Positions 18,663 through 28,313 of a stretch of 49,089 nt of DNA are shown in pieces. Source of the stretch: a virus (Duplodnaviria > Caudoviricetes); IMG/VR virus record IMGVR_UViG_3300032223_002681, positions 1 to 49,089 of that record; one strand, written 5' to 3'. The notes beneath the pieces are model-generated. The model saw only the letters and a list, made by a program, of their open reading frames with translations. It made no database searches and was not told where the DNA came from. A program made the translations under genes and the position numbers. Numbering within the stretch: position 1 is the first letter of the stretch; each line of letters starts with the position of its first letter.

Positions 18663-19091
18663 ATGGGATACGAAACTAAAAACCAAGAAGTTCCCGAGGG
18701 CTTTACGCATCTCGGAGAAGACATGAGCAAGATGCACGGAATGCACGCCGTTGACGCTGCCTCCGCTGCCCACAAGAACCACGAGGAGCCCAAGGTTTAT
18801 TATCCTGAGCTTCACTTTGAAGGTGAGCACGCCGAGCATTTGATCAAGCACTTGCCCAAGCACGGCACCGCCCACATCCATTTCAAAAAGGTGTCTGAGA
18901 GCACCCATCACGAGACCCGTCACGGAAAAAGCGAAACCCGCCACCGCGTCGGTATCCAGATTCATGGCATCAAACCCCTGTCGGGAGATGGGGAGGCCCA
19001 AGTTTCAATGAAAGAGCCAAAGGAAAATCCCGAGGATTCGATTGAAAAGGGTCTTGCTGCTGCCGAGACCGAAACCGAAACTACCGCTTAA
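18663..19091 (+). CDS. His-rich hypothetical protein
   Basis: 17 His in 142 aa; small beta core with an acidic tail. Confidence 0.7.
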   Translation: MGYETKNQEVPEGFTHLGEDMSKMHGMHAVDAASAAHKNHEEPKVYYPELHFEGEHAEHLIKHLPKHGTAHIHFKKVSESTHHETRHGKSETRHRVGIQIHGIKPLSGDGEAQVSMKEPKENPEDSIEKGLAAAETETETTA

Positions 19092-19095
19092 TTTT

Positions 19096-19440
19096 ATGGC
19101 CAACGATCCTTCCATGCCCCCTTCGGAGCAAAACCCCGGCATGCCGGTTGACAATAGCCCAGCTTCCGCGTCGCCCGACATGGCAGCTCCTGCTGCCCCC
19201 GCCGGAGACCAAGGCTCTGTCATGGTAAACATGCCCAAGGCTGCTTTTGACGCCATTCACCAGCTTGTTACCCAGCTTGCACAAGGTCTCGACCAGCTCA
19301 AGCAAGGCGTCGAAGCTCAGGCCCAAGGCGGTGCCGCCGAGGCTCCTGCCGCAGCTCCCGCTGCACCCGCTCCTGCCGGAGGACCTCAAAACGACGAAGA
19401 GTTCCTCAAAGGACTTGCCCAAGAGGGGAATAAGAGGTAA
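19096..19440 (+). CDS. Pro/Ala-rich hypothetical protein
   Basis: In-frame ATG at 19096, 4 bp after the upstream stop; one central helix with disordered flanks. Confidence 0.65.
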   Translation: MANDPSMPPSEQNPGMPVDNSPASASPDMAAPAAPAGDQGSVMVNMPKAAFDAIHQLVTQLAQGLDQLKQGVEAQAQGGAAEAPAAAPAAPAPAGGPQNDEEFLKGLAQEGNKR

Positions 19441-19449
19441 AAGCCTCTT

Positions 19450-22400
19450 ATGTTTGTCTCGCAGATATTTGACGAGGCTTCCGACATTCTTGGCACGACT
19501 GATCAAACCAAGATTTTTCGTAAGCTGACGCAGGCCGTACAGGCTCTTATGGAGTCTGGTCACTGGTTTCATACCCAAGCCGAAGTCGATGTCTGCACTG
19601 GGTGGGACGGGTACACATTGACGCTTCCCCGGGGGATTGAAGTTCCCCTTGGCGTGAATATAGACGGGTCTCCGCTCTATTTCCGCGGGCGGCTGTTCCA
19701 ATACCACGTCAACAAAGGCGGGGTGTATAATACGGTTGGGTGGTGTTGGGATGACCGGGGGTTTGTGTCTACCCAGATGGACATACGACAGCCCTCTCAG
19801 ATAATTGCCGTAGCCGAATCGGATGCCGATGTTGGTCAAACCCTCCGTCTTGTCGGGACCAATCAATGGAACCGCGATCTTCGTTCTCAGCTACCCGACG
19901 GCACCGGCGTTGACGGTCTGCTTATTCAGGTACACAGCCAATCGGACTTCGCTCTGGGCTCCATTAAGCCGGACAACAACACAATTTTGACTCGGTCTGC
20001 CGCCATCTCTCCGTTCAACAAATTTGTTTCTTCCGCCGCTCACCAGCTTAGCTCCGGTCAGGGGGTTATCTTGACCTCTGCAACCGGTACGGTTCCCGCG
20101 GGGCTTACCGTATCGGATCAATACTTTGTAGGCGTTGTCAACCCGACCACGATTCAGCTCTACAACGACCCACTGTATGCCCAGCAGGGAAAATACCCGA
20201 TCGACCTAACCAGTATTTTGGGCTCCGGTACGCTTACGTTGACCGATCAACGCACCGCTAACTTGGTTACCTCTGTTCGGTTAGCCTCAGCTCCCATAGT
20301 TACTTTAACCTCAGGTAATGAAGTTGTTTTTTCGGGCAGCCTACTCCCATCTCCCTTGGCCTCGGGGGTGACGTATTTTGCAAACGCTTTGGATTCTACC
20401 AATCTGCAGATTTATACGTCGCTGTCCGATGCCCAGACCCAAACCAACCCGGTTTACCTCACCGGATCCAACGCTTCCTTCAATGTACAGATCCGCAAGG
20501 CTGTTGCTCCGATTACCAAAATTGTAACCAATCTTCCGCATCTCTATTCGACAGGCGATGTCGTTCAAGCGTATACCAATGGGGGCACCCTTCCGCAGCC
20601 TTTGGTATCTGCACAAAATTATTTTGTTCAGGTTCTTGATAGCTACACGTTAATTCTGCACACGTCTGAGGCGGATGCTTTGAGCGGTAAAAACCCAGTA
20701 ATTCTCACAACTTCTGGGTCCGGCCAAAACACGCTGAACAAACTTATCCCTGCCACGGCGAAGGTTGGAAAAACCAGCCAAATTACAGCTCCCGGGTTTG
20801 CTCTGCCAACCGCTGTTGGGTCGGGAGCGAATATAACGGCGACTGTTTCTGGGCCAGTCACGTCTCTTACTTTGACGAATGCCGGTTCAGGTTACACCTC
20901 AGCTCCTACGGTTACGATTACCGGCGGCGGTGGGTACGGAGCAACCGCTCATGCAGTTGTTGGTACGGTCCCCAGCACCTCTCAGTACCAAACGGTGATT
21001 GCAGTTGTGTTGGACGAGCCGGGGCAAGGATATACCTCCGCCCCCACTCTTGTATTTTCGGGCGGAGGAGGCTCAAATGCCGCAGCTACGGCCACCGTTA
21101 CGTACTCTTTTGTTACCCAGTACAACATTATTAACGGCGGTAGCGGGTATACAGTCCCTCCGTACCTTGTGTATTCCACGCCCGGTCCGGGGCAAACTCT
21201 CCCCCTCGCTACCACGGTAATTGCCAACGGGGCCATCTCGAGTTTTTTAATTTATAATCCCGGGTCCGGATATACAACCGCCCCGGCAATTTCTTTCACT
21301 GGGGGCGGAGGAGGCACAGGAGCTACTGCGACTGCGATTGTGTCTGGCGGGCAGGTTACGGGTATCGCGATTACCAATGGTGGCAGCGGGTATACGGTTG
21401 CCCCGGGAGTCGTCTTTACCGGGGGAGGAGGTTCTAGCGCTGGCGCAACCGCAGTCATTGCAGACGGAGTCGTGACAGCGGTTACCGTTGTTTCGGAGGG
21501 GACAAGATATACGGTTGCTCCCGGGGTTACCGTCCTTCCGTCTACGGGCGTGTTGGTTTCTTTCTCCTCCACTGGTACACTCCCAGCCCCTCTGCAAGAA
21601 GGGGTTTCTTATCGGGCCGAAGCCCCCAGCTCAGCGTCTTCCTTTACGTTGCTCAATGACGACTACTCGGAGCTACCGCTCACCGGAGTCGGTAGCGGAA
21701 CCATTTATTTGACGATTAGCCGCAGCTTTTCGATTGGGTTTACCGATGTTTGGTCTGGAGACTTTTCCACGATACCCTCCGGAACGGGGGTGTATTTTGG
21801 CACTGATTATCTCCTCCCCATAACCACCCCTCCGATTGACAATGGGGCTACTCAATTCTACATCAAGCCTATCACAAATAATACCGCCCAATTCTACGTG
21901 GATAGCGGTCTGACCACTCTCGTGACAGTTAACCAACTTGGTACTGGGCAAACTTATTACGCTGTCCAACAAACAGCTACCCCCGCGGCCTACAACAATT
22001 TGGTGGCGTTAAATTCTCAGCAATACCTCCCAGACGGCACCACCGTTCAATTCTCTACCGGAGGATCTTTACCGGACCCGCTCACGCTCTCGACCAATTA
22101 CACCGTTAAACTGGTAGGGTCAAACGTTCAAGTCTATGACTCATCCAACGCACTTGTGACGTTTACTTCACTGGCGACCGGTCAGCTTTACTTAGATATT
22201 ATCCGAAACTTCACCCCAATAGCAACGAACACAATTACACTGGAGAATGCTATTTTTGATACGGGTACGTCTGTGGTACCGAGGCCCAACACCGAAGACA
22301 TTCTCGACCCCAATTTGGTTGCGGGTACTACTTACTACACCCGATTTGTTGACGGATCTACCATTGAGCTTTTTGCCACGCTTGCACAGGCAAACAACAT

Positions 22401-22944
22401 TACTAGCACAGATGGCCTGATTACCTACCACACGATTGGTAAAACCAACACCAGCACATTCTTTTTGGACGCTGTCGAAGAGCCGACTTTTGTGAAGGCA
22501 ATTTCTCACGTAGAAAAGCCGGTTACCCAAGGGTATATCAGCCTTTATGCCTACGATTACGGACGCAGCAACGACATGGCGCTGATTGGTCAATATCATC
22601 CCACAGAGACCAACCCAAAATACCGCAGGATTCGGGTTGGAAAACCCTGCGCTTGGGCCCGAATCATTTACAGGGTTTCCCACCCCACAATCACAAGCAC
22701 TCAGGATTATATTCCTGTCGAGCAAGACCGGGCTATCCTTGCTGCGGTACACGCGATTGATTTGGAGGACAAAGATTTTGCTGAGCAAGCAGCCAAGTAT
22801 TGGCAGATCGCTTTCGGGTACCTTCGCAACCAGCAGTCTAGCATGGATGGGCACGCTATGGAGCCAATCCAAGTTGCCGGCCTAACGTATGGAGACAAAA
22901 CAGACCCGGTTATTGAGTCGGGTTATGGCTGGGGAACGTGGTAA
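19450..22944 (+). CDS. tail adaptor (tubular protein A-like) with large inserted repeat region
   Basis: Adaptor-like helical ends (IFRKLTQAVQAL...; AILAAVHA...AAKYWQIAFGYLRNQ) flank about 850 aa of beta repeats; sits directly before the nozzle gene. Confidence 0.65.
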   Translation: MFVSQIFDEASDILGTTDQTKIFRKLTQAVQALMESGHWFHTQAEVDVCTGWDGYTLTLPRGIEVPLGVNIDGSPLYFRGRLFQYHVNKGGVYNTVGWCWDDRGFVSTQMDIRQPSQIIAVAESDADVGQTLRLVGTNQWNRDLRSQLPDGTGVDGLLIQVHSQSDFALGSIKPDNNTILTRSAAISPFNKFVSSAAHQLSSGQGVILTSATGTVPAGLTVSDQYFVGVVNPTTIQLYNDPLYAQQGKYPIDLTSILGSGTLTLTDQRTANLVTSVRLASAPIVTLTSGNEVVFSGSLLPSPLASGVTYFANALDSTNLQIYTSLSDAQTQTNPVYLTGSNASFNVQIRKAVAPITKIVTNLPHLYSTGDVVQAYTNGGTLPQPLVSAQNYFVQVLDSYTLILHTSEADALSGKNPVILTTSGSGQNTLNKLIPATAKVGKTSQITAPGFALPTAVGSGANITATVSGPVTSLTLTNAGSGYTSAPTVTITGGGGYGATAHAVVGTVPSTSQYQTVIAVVLDEPGQGYTSAPTLVFSGGGGSNAAATATVTYSFVTQYNIINGGSGYTVPPYLVYSTPGPGQTLPLATTVIANGAISSFLIYNPGSGYTTAPAISFTGGGGGTGATATAIVSGGQVTGIAITNGGSGYTVAPGVVFTGGGGSSAGATAVIADGVVTAVTVVSEGTRYTVAPGVTVLPSTGVLVSFSSTGTLPAPLQEGVSYRAEAPSSASSFTLLNDDYSELPLTGVGSGTIYLTISRSFSIGFTDVWSGDFSTIPSGTGVYFGTDYLLPITTPPIDNGATQFYIKPITNNTAQFYVDSGLTTLVTVNQLGTGQTYYAVQQTATPAAYNNLVALNSQQYLPDGTTVQFSTGGSLPDPLTLSTNYTVKLVGSNVQVYDSSNALVTFTSLATGQLYLDIIRNFTPIATNTITLENAIFDTGTSVVPRPNTEDILDPNLVAGTTYYTRFVDGSTIELFATLAQANNITSTDGLITYHTIGKTNTSTFFLDAVEEPTFVKAISHVEKPVTQGYISLYAYDYGRSNDMALIGQYHPTETNPKYRRIRVGKPCAWARIIYRVSHPTITSTQDYIPVEQDRAILAAVHAIDLEDKDFAEQAAKYWQIAFGYLRNQQSSMDGHAMEPIQVAGLTYGDKTDPVIESGYGWGTW

Positions 22945-22947
22945 CTC

Positions 22948-25083
22948 ATGAAAGCTCCTAATATAGTAGCGGGCCGGCAGGAAAAAATAACGGCGGGTTG
23001 GCTACACGGAATAAACTCTGTGCGGAACCCGTGGAATCTTCCGGCGGACCAACTCAAATGGGGCGTTAATGTCGCCATTCGCGGCGGGCTTGCACAAACC
23101 CGTCCGGGCCAAGGGATGAAATTGTCGTTGCCACCGGGAAATCTGCAGGGTGGCATTTTCTTTTCTTCCGATCGGCAATATAAAGCTTCATCGACCACAA
23201 TCACCTCCGGGGGAACATCTACGGTACAGGCCACCATCTACAATTACGACGGAACCCCCTCAATAGCTTCAGAACTCCCCTACATGGTATTTGCCGTGGG
23301 AGGTTCGGTGTACTTTGCCCCATTCCCCCTTACTCAGCCTGCTAGTTGGGATCAATACAAGCTTTCGGGAATCCAGCTTGACCCCAACGCTCAAGAAATT
23401 TCTTTTACCGTTGCTACGCAGACGGCAACTCTGAGTGCAGGGGGTGATGTCACCGTAACCCCAGCCAATCGCATTCTTATTATTCAAGACGGGGTCAGTC
23501 CTCCCGGTTACTGGGACGGGAGCGATTCTACCGGAGGTCAATCCCACGACATTCCTATTGGGTATTGGATGGCCTTTTCGGGAAATCGGCTGTGGGTTGC
23601 CCAAGGAAACCTTGTCTATGCGTCCGATCTTGGAAACCCACTTGGGTGGAAAGAAAGGACCCAAGGCGCGGGACGCGGGGATTTTTATTTTCCGCGGCCT
23701 GTCACAGCTTTGGTTGATTACGTGGGACAAAATACCGACACACGGTTGATCGTATTTACCGATCAATCAACATACTCTCTGGCAAGCGGTATTTTGGACC
23801 GAACGCAGTGGGCAACTACGCAAAATTTCCAAAATACCTTATTTCCAACGGTCGGGTGTATTGCGGGAAAGTCGCTTACCTTTCAAGCGGGACTTCTTTG
23901 GTGGTATTCTCAAGGCGGGTTGGTGAATGCCAACGTAGCCGCGGCTTCTTATCTAACTTCTCAGGTACTTTACAAGGACGTTGAGATGGCCAAGGTAAAG
24001 CGCCTTACGCCACAAAATCTGACGGGGGTATGCTCTGCGGCATTTGAAAATTATCTTCTCGTGTCCGTTCCCTATCTCGAGCCGCTTCCCAGCGCCACGA
24101 TGGTTTTGGATTACGCTCCGGCTAGTGAATTAAACCAAGGACAAATCCCCGCTTGGTCAGGGGTGTGGACCGGCACAAGGCCCATTCAGTGGACTTCTGG
24201 AATCGTAAATAACCAGAATCGGCTCTTCCATTTTTCGGTTGACTACGTGGCCACCAACGATGGTTCTTTCAACCATCTTTGGGAATCGTTTCTTCCCGAG
24301 CGAGTAGACTCCTATCTCCAAATTAACCCCGACGGAACGACGATCACGAAGTACAGTCGAATCTATTGCCAAGCCGAAACCGGTTTGATGGGAGATGGCA
24401 TGGACTTCAAACAATTCCGGTACGCTGAGATTGAATGCACTCAGCTTGGCGGTACCTCAGACGTGCGGGTATCGTTCAAAGGTAGCAAGGGCGCGTACAT
24501 ACCCATTCTCAATACCAGACTTCTTGCGGTAACGGATGCTTATCAGTACCAAACCACGCCGCTAGAAACTCAAATTTCAAACTACGGTATTCTTCGTACA
24601 CAATATCGCCGGCTGGTTACCGAAGAAATCAAACGCAACGTTTTAACCAATTCTTGCGAGTCCTCTTTTGCTCCCGACATTGATAAGGCGTTTGGTTTCT
24701 TGATCGAGTGGTGCGGCGAGTTGGGGGTGGAAGCCGTACGCTGCTTCATGGATCCGTTCCAAGAGCGATCCACGGGGGTACCGGAATCTGACGAAACGAT
24801 TCCTTGCTTGGTGGCTGAAGATGGGTCCAGCACCAAAATAAATCTTGAGCTTACGCCTTATGATCAACCTACCTATAACCAGCAATCGTGGTTTGCAACA
24901 CAGACAGAAACCGTTGCGTCCGAGTGCGCGGTGGGCTCCGCTTCGTTTAGTGTCTCTGCAACGGCAACGGCTTCGGCCCAATCGTTCGTATCCTTTGCAA
25001 ACGCTCAAGAGCAAGCTTCTGTCCTAGCTACTCAGGCTGCGGCTGCTGCGGTACAAAAATACCGCCAACAAAACCCCTGCTAA
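22948..25083 (+). CDS. tail nozzle / tubular protein B (P22 gp10-like stabilisation protein)
   Basis: GINS...NVAIRGGLAQTRPG start, propeller motif MAFSGNRLWVAQGNLVYASD, VGCIA and WSGVW; 711 aa. Confidence 0.75.
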   Translation: MKAPNIVAGRQEKITAGWLHGINSVRNPWNLPADQLKWGVNVAIRGGLAQTRPGQGMKLSLPPGNLQGGIFFSSDRQYKASSTTITSGGTSTVQATIYNYDGTPSIASELPYMVFAVGGSVYFAPFPLTQPASWDQYKLSGIQLDPNAQEISFTVATQTATLSAGGDVTVTPANRILIIQDGVSPPGYWDGSDSTGGQSHDIPIGYWMAFSGNRLWVAQGNLVYASDLGNPLGWKERTQGAGRGDFYFPRPVTALVDYVGQNTDTRLIVFTDQSTYSLASGILDRTQWATTQNFQNTLFPTVGCIAGKSLTFQAGLLWWYSQGGLVNANVAAASYLTSQVLYKDVEMAKVKRLTPQNLTGVCSAAFENYLLVSVPYLEPLPSATMVLDYAPASELNQGQIPAWSGVWTGTRPIQWTSGIVNNQNRLFHFSVDYVATNDGSFNHLWESFLPERVDSYLQINPDGTTITKYSRIYCQAETGLMGDGMDFKQFRYAEIECTQLGGTSDVRVSFKGSKGAYIPILNTRLLAVTDAYQYQTTPLETQISNYGILRTQYRRLVTEEIKRNVLTNSCESSFAPDIDKAFGFLIEWCGELGVEAVRCFMDPFQERSTGVPESDETIPCLVAEDGSSTKINLELTPYDQPTYNQQSWFATQTETVASECAVGSASFSVSATATASAQSFVSFANAQEQASVLATQAAAAAVQKYRQQNPC

Positions 25084-25086
25084 TCC

Positions 25087-25815
25087 ATGCCAACCATTGC
25101 GGAGGCTAGTGAGGTTGTAACAAACTTCCCAAACAAGTTTGTAAGCCCTTACGGAAACGACGAAATCGTTCCGTTGTACTCTTCTGTACCTTTGAAAAGT
25201 CCGGTGCAGGGTTGCTTGGAATGTATTGTTTGTGGTAGTTCATTAGTTCGTAGCCAAGTTATTGCAGACGTTAGCAACAGCAGATTTGGTTCCGGGGGGG
25301 TTGGGGCAGATAAAGTTTCAATAACTCCCTACCTACCTCCAAAATTTTACGGCCCGGGAGGGAGTTATGCTAAATCCCCCCAAAATCCCAGTGCATACTA
25401 TCGTTATCTTATACGGACAGATTGGGGCCAGTGTTTAATGTCTCGAAATGCTCCCGTAATAGATTCTTTTACTGCCGATGGCGTTGCTTATCATTCCTAC
25501 CCTTGGCCATTTGTACCGGGTCCGGGGGGAAAACGCAATCGGCCCGCACTTGTCGTGGATGGCTACACTGTTTGGGAAAGAAATTTAGATAAAACCACCG
25601 CAACTTGTGTTGCTGCAACCGGTAACTATGTTTCTGCGGCAAACAATCATTGGGGTTTGAATTTTGTCGGAACCATTTGGCCCCTCACTAATCTAAACTA
25701 CGGAACTGGTTGCGTTACGGGAACCGTTACTCCTTGCTGTCCAGTGGCACCAAGCGTTCCCTATAGTTATCTCAACCAACCCGGAACAATTTTGTGTAAT
25801 CAATTTATCCCTTAA
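25087..25815 (+). CDS. Cys-rich hypothetical protein, tandem paralogue 1
   Basis: Colinear with the next ORF along its whole length. Confidence 0.75.
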   Translation: MPTIAEASEVVTNFPNKFVSPYGNDEIVPLYSSVPLKSPVQGCLECIVCGSSLVRSQVIADVSNSRFGSGGVGADKVSITPYLPPKFYGPGGSYAKSPQNPSAYYRYLIRTDWGQCLMSRNAPVIDSFTADGVAYHSYPWPFVPGPGGKRNRPALVVDGYTVWERNLDKTTATCVAATGNYVSAANNHWGLNFVGTIWPLTNLNYGTGCVTGTVTPCCPVAPSVPYSYLNQPGTILCNQFIP

Positions 25816-26519
25816 TGCCTTCCATTCAAACAGCTTCAACTCCTGTAACCTCGTTCCCTAACGAGTTTTCTTCTCCGTACGGAAACGACGAAATCGTCCC
25901 TCTGTATTCATCGGTCCCCCTGAAAAGTCCGGTGCAGGGTTGCTTGCCGTGTGTAGTTTGCGGCAATTCTATTGTTAGAAATGAAGTTATTGCAGACGTT
26001 AGCAACAGCAGATTTGGTTCCGGGGGTATTGGCGTTAAAAAAATTAGTATAGCCCCCAGAAAGCCTCCAAAATTTTACGGCCCCGGTGGAAGTTATTCTA
26101 AAGACCCGCAAGACCCTAGCGGGTATTTCCGTTATCTTGTACTGACAGATTGGGATAATTGTTTAATGTCCACAAATGCGGCTATTGTAGATTCTTTCGT
26201 TGCAGACGGGATAACTTACACCAGTTACCCTTGGTCAGATAACTCGGGTCTTGTTGATGGGCATACCGTTTGGGAAGTCAATTCTGACTTAGTCACTGCC
26301 ACTTGCGTTGGGGCAACGGGCAACTATGTTTTGGCAGAAAACAATTATTCTGGGTTAAATTATGTAGGTCAGGTATTCCCCTTGAGCAACCTTCCGTATC
26401 TTGGGGGGTGTACCGACGAAACGGGAGGTCCTTGCTGCCCAAGCCCTGCCCCTACGGTGCCGTATACGTACCTAAACGAACCCGGGTCCGTACTTTGCAA
26501 CGTCTATTCGCTTAGCTAA
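25815..26519 (+). CDS. Cys-rich hypothetical protein, tandem paralogue 2
   Basis: TAATG stop/start overlap; shares SPYGNDEIVPLYSSVPLKSPVQGCL, VIADVSNSRFGSGG and PPKFYGPGGSY with the previous ORF. Confidence 0.75.
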   Translation: MPSIQTASTPVTSFPNEFSSPYGNDEIVPLYSSVPLKSPVQGCLPCVVCGNSIVRNEVIADVSNSRFGSGGIGVKKISIAPRKPPKFYGPGGSYSKDPQDPSGYFRYLVLTDWDNCLMSTNAAIVDSFVADGITYTSYPWSDNSGLVDGHTVWEVNSDLVTATCVGATGNYVLAENNYSGLNYVGQVFPLSNLPYLGGCTDETGGPCCPSPAPTVPYTYLNEPGSVLCNVYSLS

Positions 26520-26533
26520 AACTCGCATAATTT

Positions 26534-26920
26534 ATGAAACCCGTAATCCAATACAAATACGTAGCCCCAAACACCCAAGAGTTCCAACAACTCCAAACCT
26601 TCGCGGAGTCGTTCGACCACAAGATCATTCCACACCCGAGTGTCAATGTTTACGCTCATTATCGGGACGACACCTGTTTCGGCTATTCCGATCATGTTTT
26701 TGTGCCGGTAATCTACCCGGCATTCCACCCAGCCTTGACAAGGCCGCAGGACGTTCTTCAGGTAATGAACGACTGGCGTGCCCACTGCCAACTATCCGGA
26801 AAACCCGGATACATCGGCGTCCCTTTGGAAGATAACCCGCACCGAGCTAATTTCCCGGAAAAAATTATGGAAAAACTAGGGCTTGTCAGACATCGCAGAG
26901 AGCTGTATACACTTGCGTAA
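26534..26920 (+). CDS. hypothetical protein (T7 gp13-like position, possible GNAT-like fold)
   Basis: 128 aa between the nozzle region and the ejection proteins; C-terminal KIMEKLGL resembles a GNAT motif B end. Confidence 0.5.
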   Translation: MKPVIQYKYVAPNTQEFQQLQTFAESFDHKIIPHPSVNVYAHYRDDTCFGYSDHVFVPVIYPAFHPALTRPQDVLQVMNDWRAHCQLSGKPGYIGVPLEDNPHRANFPEKIMEKLGLVRHRRELYTLA

Positions 26921-26924
26921 TTCT

Positions 26925-27716
26925 ATGGGAGGAGCACCTCAAGTACAAGCACCTAGCCCCCTGCCGATGATTGCGGCAATGGGAGCGCAGCAGCAGGCCG
27001 TGAGCCAAGCTGAGCAAGCCCGTGCCGAAATGCTCAAAATCGCCGCAGGCATGCCGGTCGCCCAGTATACCCCGGATATTTGGGGTCAGGCCGGGGCATA
27101 CGGTACGGCCAAGGACACGGCTTACCTGAACGCGGTCAACTCGATGGCCCTTCAAGAATCGGTTGACCCCCTCGGAGCCAAGATCCGTAAGAACACCGAG
27201 CAGATGACGGCCAACATTACGGATCCTGAGGCTCTCAAGAAAGCCGCTCAGCAACAATTTTCCCAATACACACTCCCCGGGATGTACGGGACCGGGCTTT
27301 CCAACCAGAGCACAATCTACGGCAGTTCCCTCTTTGACAAGAATACCCTTGCCGGCATACAGCTTCAAGAAAATCTCGCCAGCCTCGGGGCGCCCTATCA
27401 AAACCTCCCCCAGACTGGCATTTCTCCCGGAATGGCAGCTTCTGCCCCTATGCAGGCCAAGGCCCAAAACGTGGCTCAAGCAAATGCTTTCCAGCAAGGC
27501 ATCCTTGGGGGCGCCGGCAATCTGCAGCAAAGCTACGAGCAGGGTCAGAACTCCCTCTACAACACGATGGGGCAGGATATTCAAGCCTACCAAGCCAATC
27601 AGCTTGCCGCCCAGCAAGCTAATGCTGCCGCTAGCTCTAATCAAACCGGAGCCATTTTTGGAGGCTTAGGCCAACTCGGCGGAGGGTTTTTAGGCGGATT
27701 GAGATTTTCTCGCTAA
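26925..27716 (+). CDS. internal virion / DNA ejection protein
   Basis: MGG start, Gln/Ala-rich body and Gly-rich hydrophobic C-terminus (GAIFGGLGQLGGGFLGG). Confidence 0.7.
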   Translation: MGGAPQVQAPSPLPMIAAMGAQQQAVSQAEQARAEMLKIAAGMPVAQYTPDIWGQAGAYGTAKDTAYLNAVNSMALQESVDPLGAKIRKNTEQMTANITDPEALKKAAQQQFSQYTLPGMYGTGLSNQSTIYGSSLFDKNTLAGIQLQENLASLGAPYQNLPQTGISPGMAASAPMQAKAQNVAQANAFQQGILGGAGNLQQSYEQGQNSLYNTMGQDIQAYQANQLAAQQANAAASSNQTGAIFGGLGQLGGGFLGGLRFSR

Positions 27717-27802
27717 CTTTGTAATTGCCAACCTAGATTTTTTGCCCTACAAGACACTCACACTTTAACCAACAAAACACTAACCCCTAACACACTACTA
27801 CT

Positions 27803-28300
27803 ATGGGAGGACACGGAGGAGGAGGAGGAGGCAACAACGACGCCGCCATGATGGCAATGATTCAACAGCAGCAGGCTGCACAGGCCGCGGCTCAAGCTGC
27901 AGCTTTGCAGGCTCAACGCGAAGCAGCCGCTGCAGCGCAACAGACTTCTGCCCAAGGGCAGGCTACTGCCGGAAGCCAAGCCGCACAGCAATATCTTGGC
28001 CAGCAAAACCAAGTTCAATCCGCCAAGGATGCTGCATCCGCGGCTTCAAATCTTCAGGCCAGCCAAGGTGGCGGAAACGCCGCAGCCGGGGGATTTAACC
28101 TTGGTAGCGCCAAGGCCCAAGCTGCCGCCAACCTTGGGGCAGCCTCAGGCACCCTTCCCGGAACCATGTCGAACACATTGATTCCTGTGGGTGCTTCCCC
28201 GGTTAATCCCGCCGCCACCACGGCTGGCTCGATGAACAAGGCTACCGCAGCTAACCAAATTATGCCTTCCACGCAGGGGATCACTTTCGGGGGATCCTAA
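27803..28300 (+). CDS. internal virion protein (Gly/Ala/Gln-rich)
   Basis: MGGHGGGGGG start and QA-rich helix, typical of podovirus ejection proteins. Confidence 0.65.
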   Translation: MGGHGGGGGGNNDAAMMAMIQQQQAAQAAAQAAALQAQREAAAAAQQTSAQGQATAGSQAAQQYLGQQNQVQSAKDAASAASNLQASQGGGNAAAGGFNLGSAKAQAAANLGAASGTLPGTMSNTLIPVGASPVNPAATTAGSMNKATAANQIMPSTQGITFGGS

Positions 28301-28313
28301 CCCTCGAAAGTAG

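Noticed and set aside
25087-26519. Paralogue pair as a diversity-generating retroelement TR/VR
   Set aside because: No reverse transcriptase in the window, both copies are full ORFs, and the differences include indels and are not adenine-specific.
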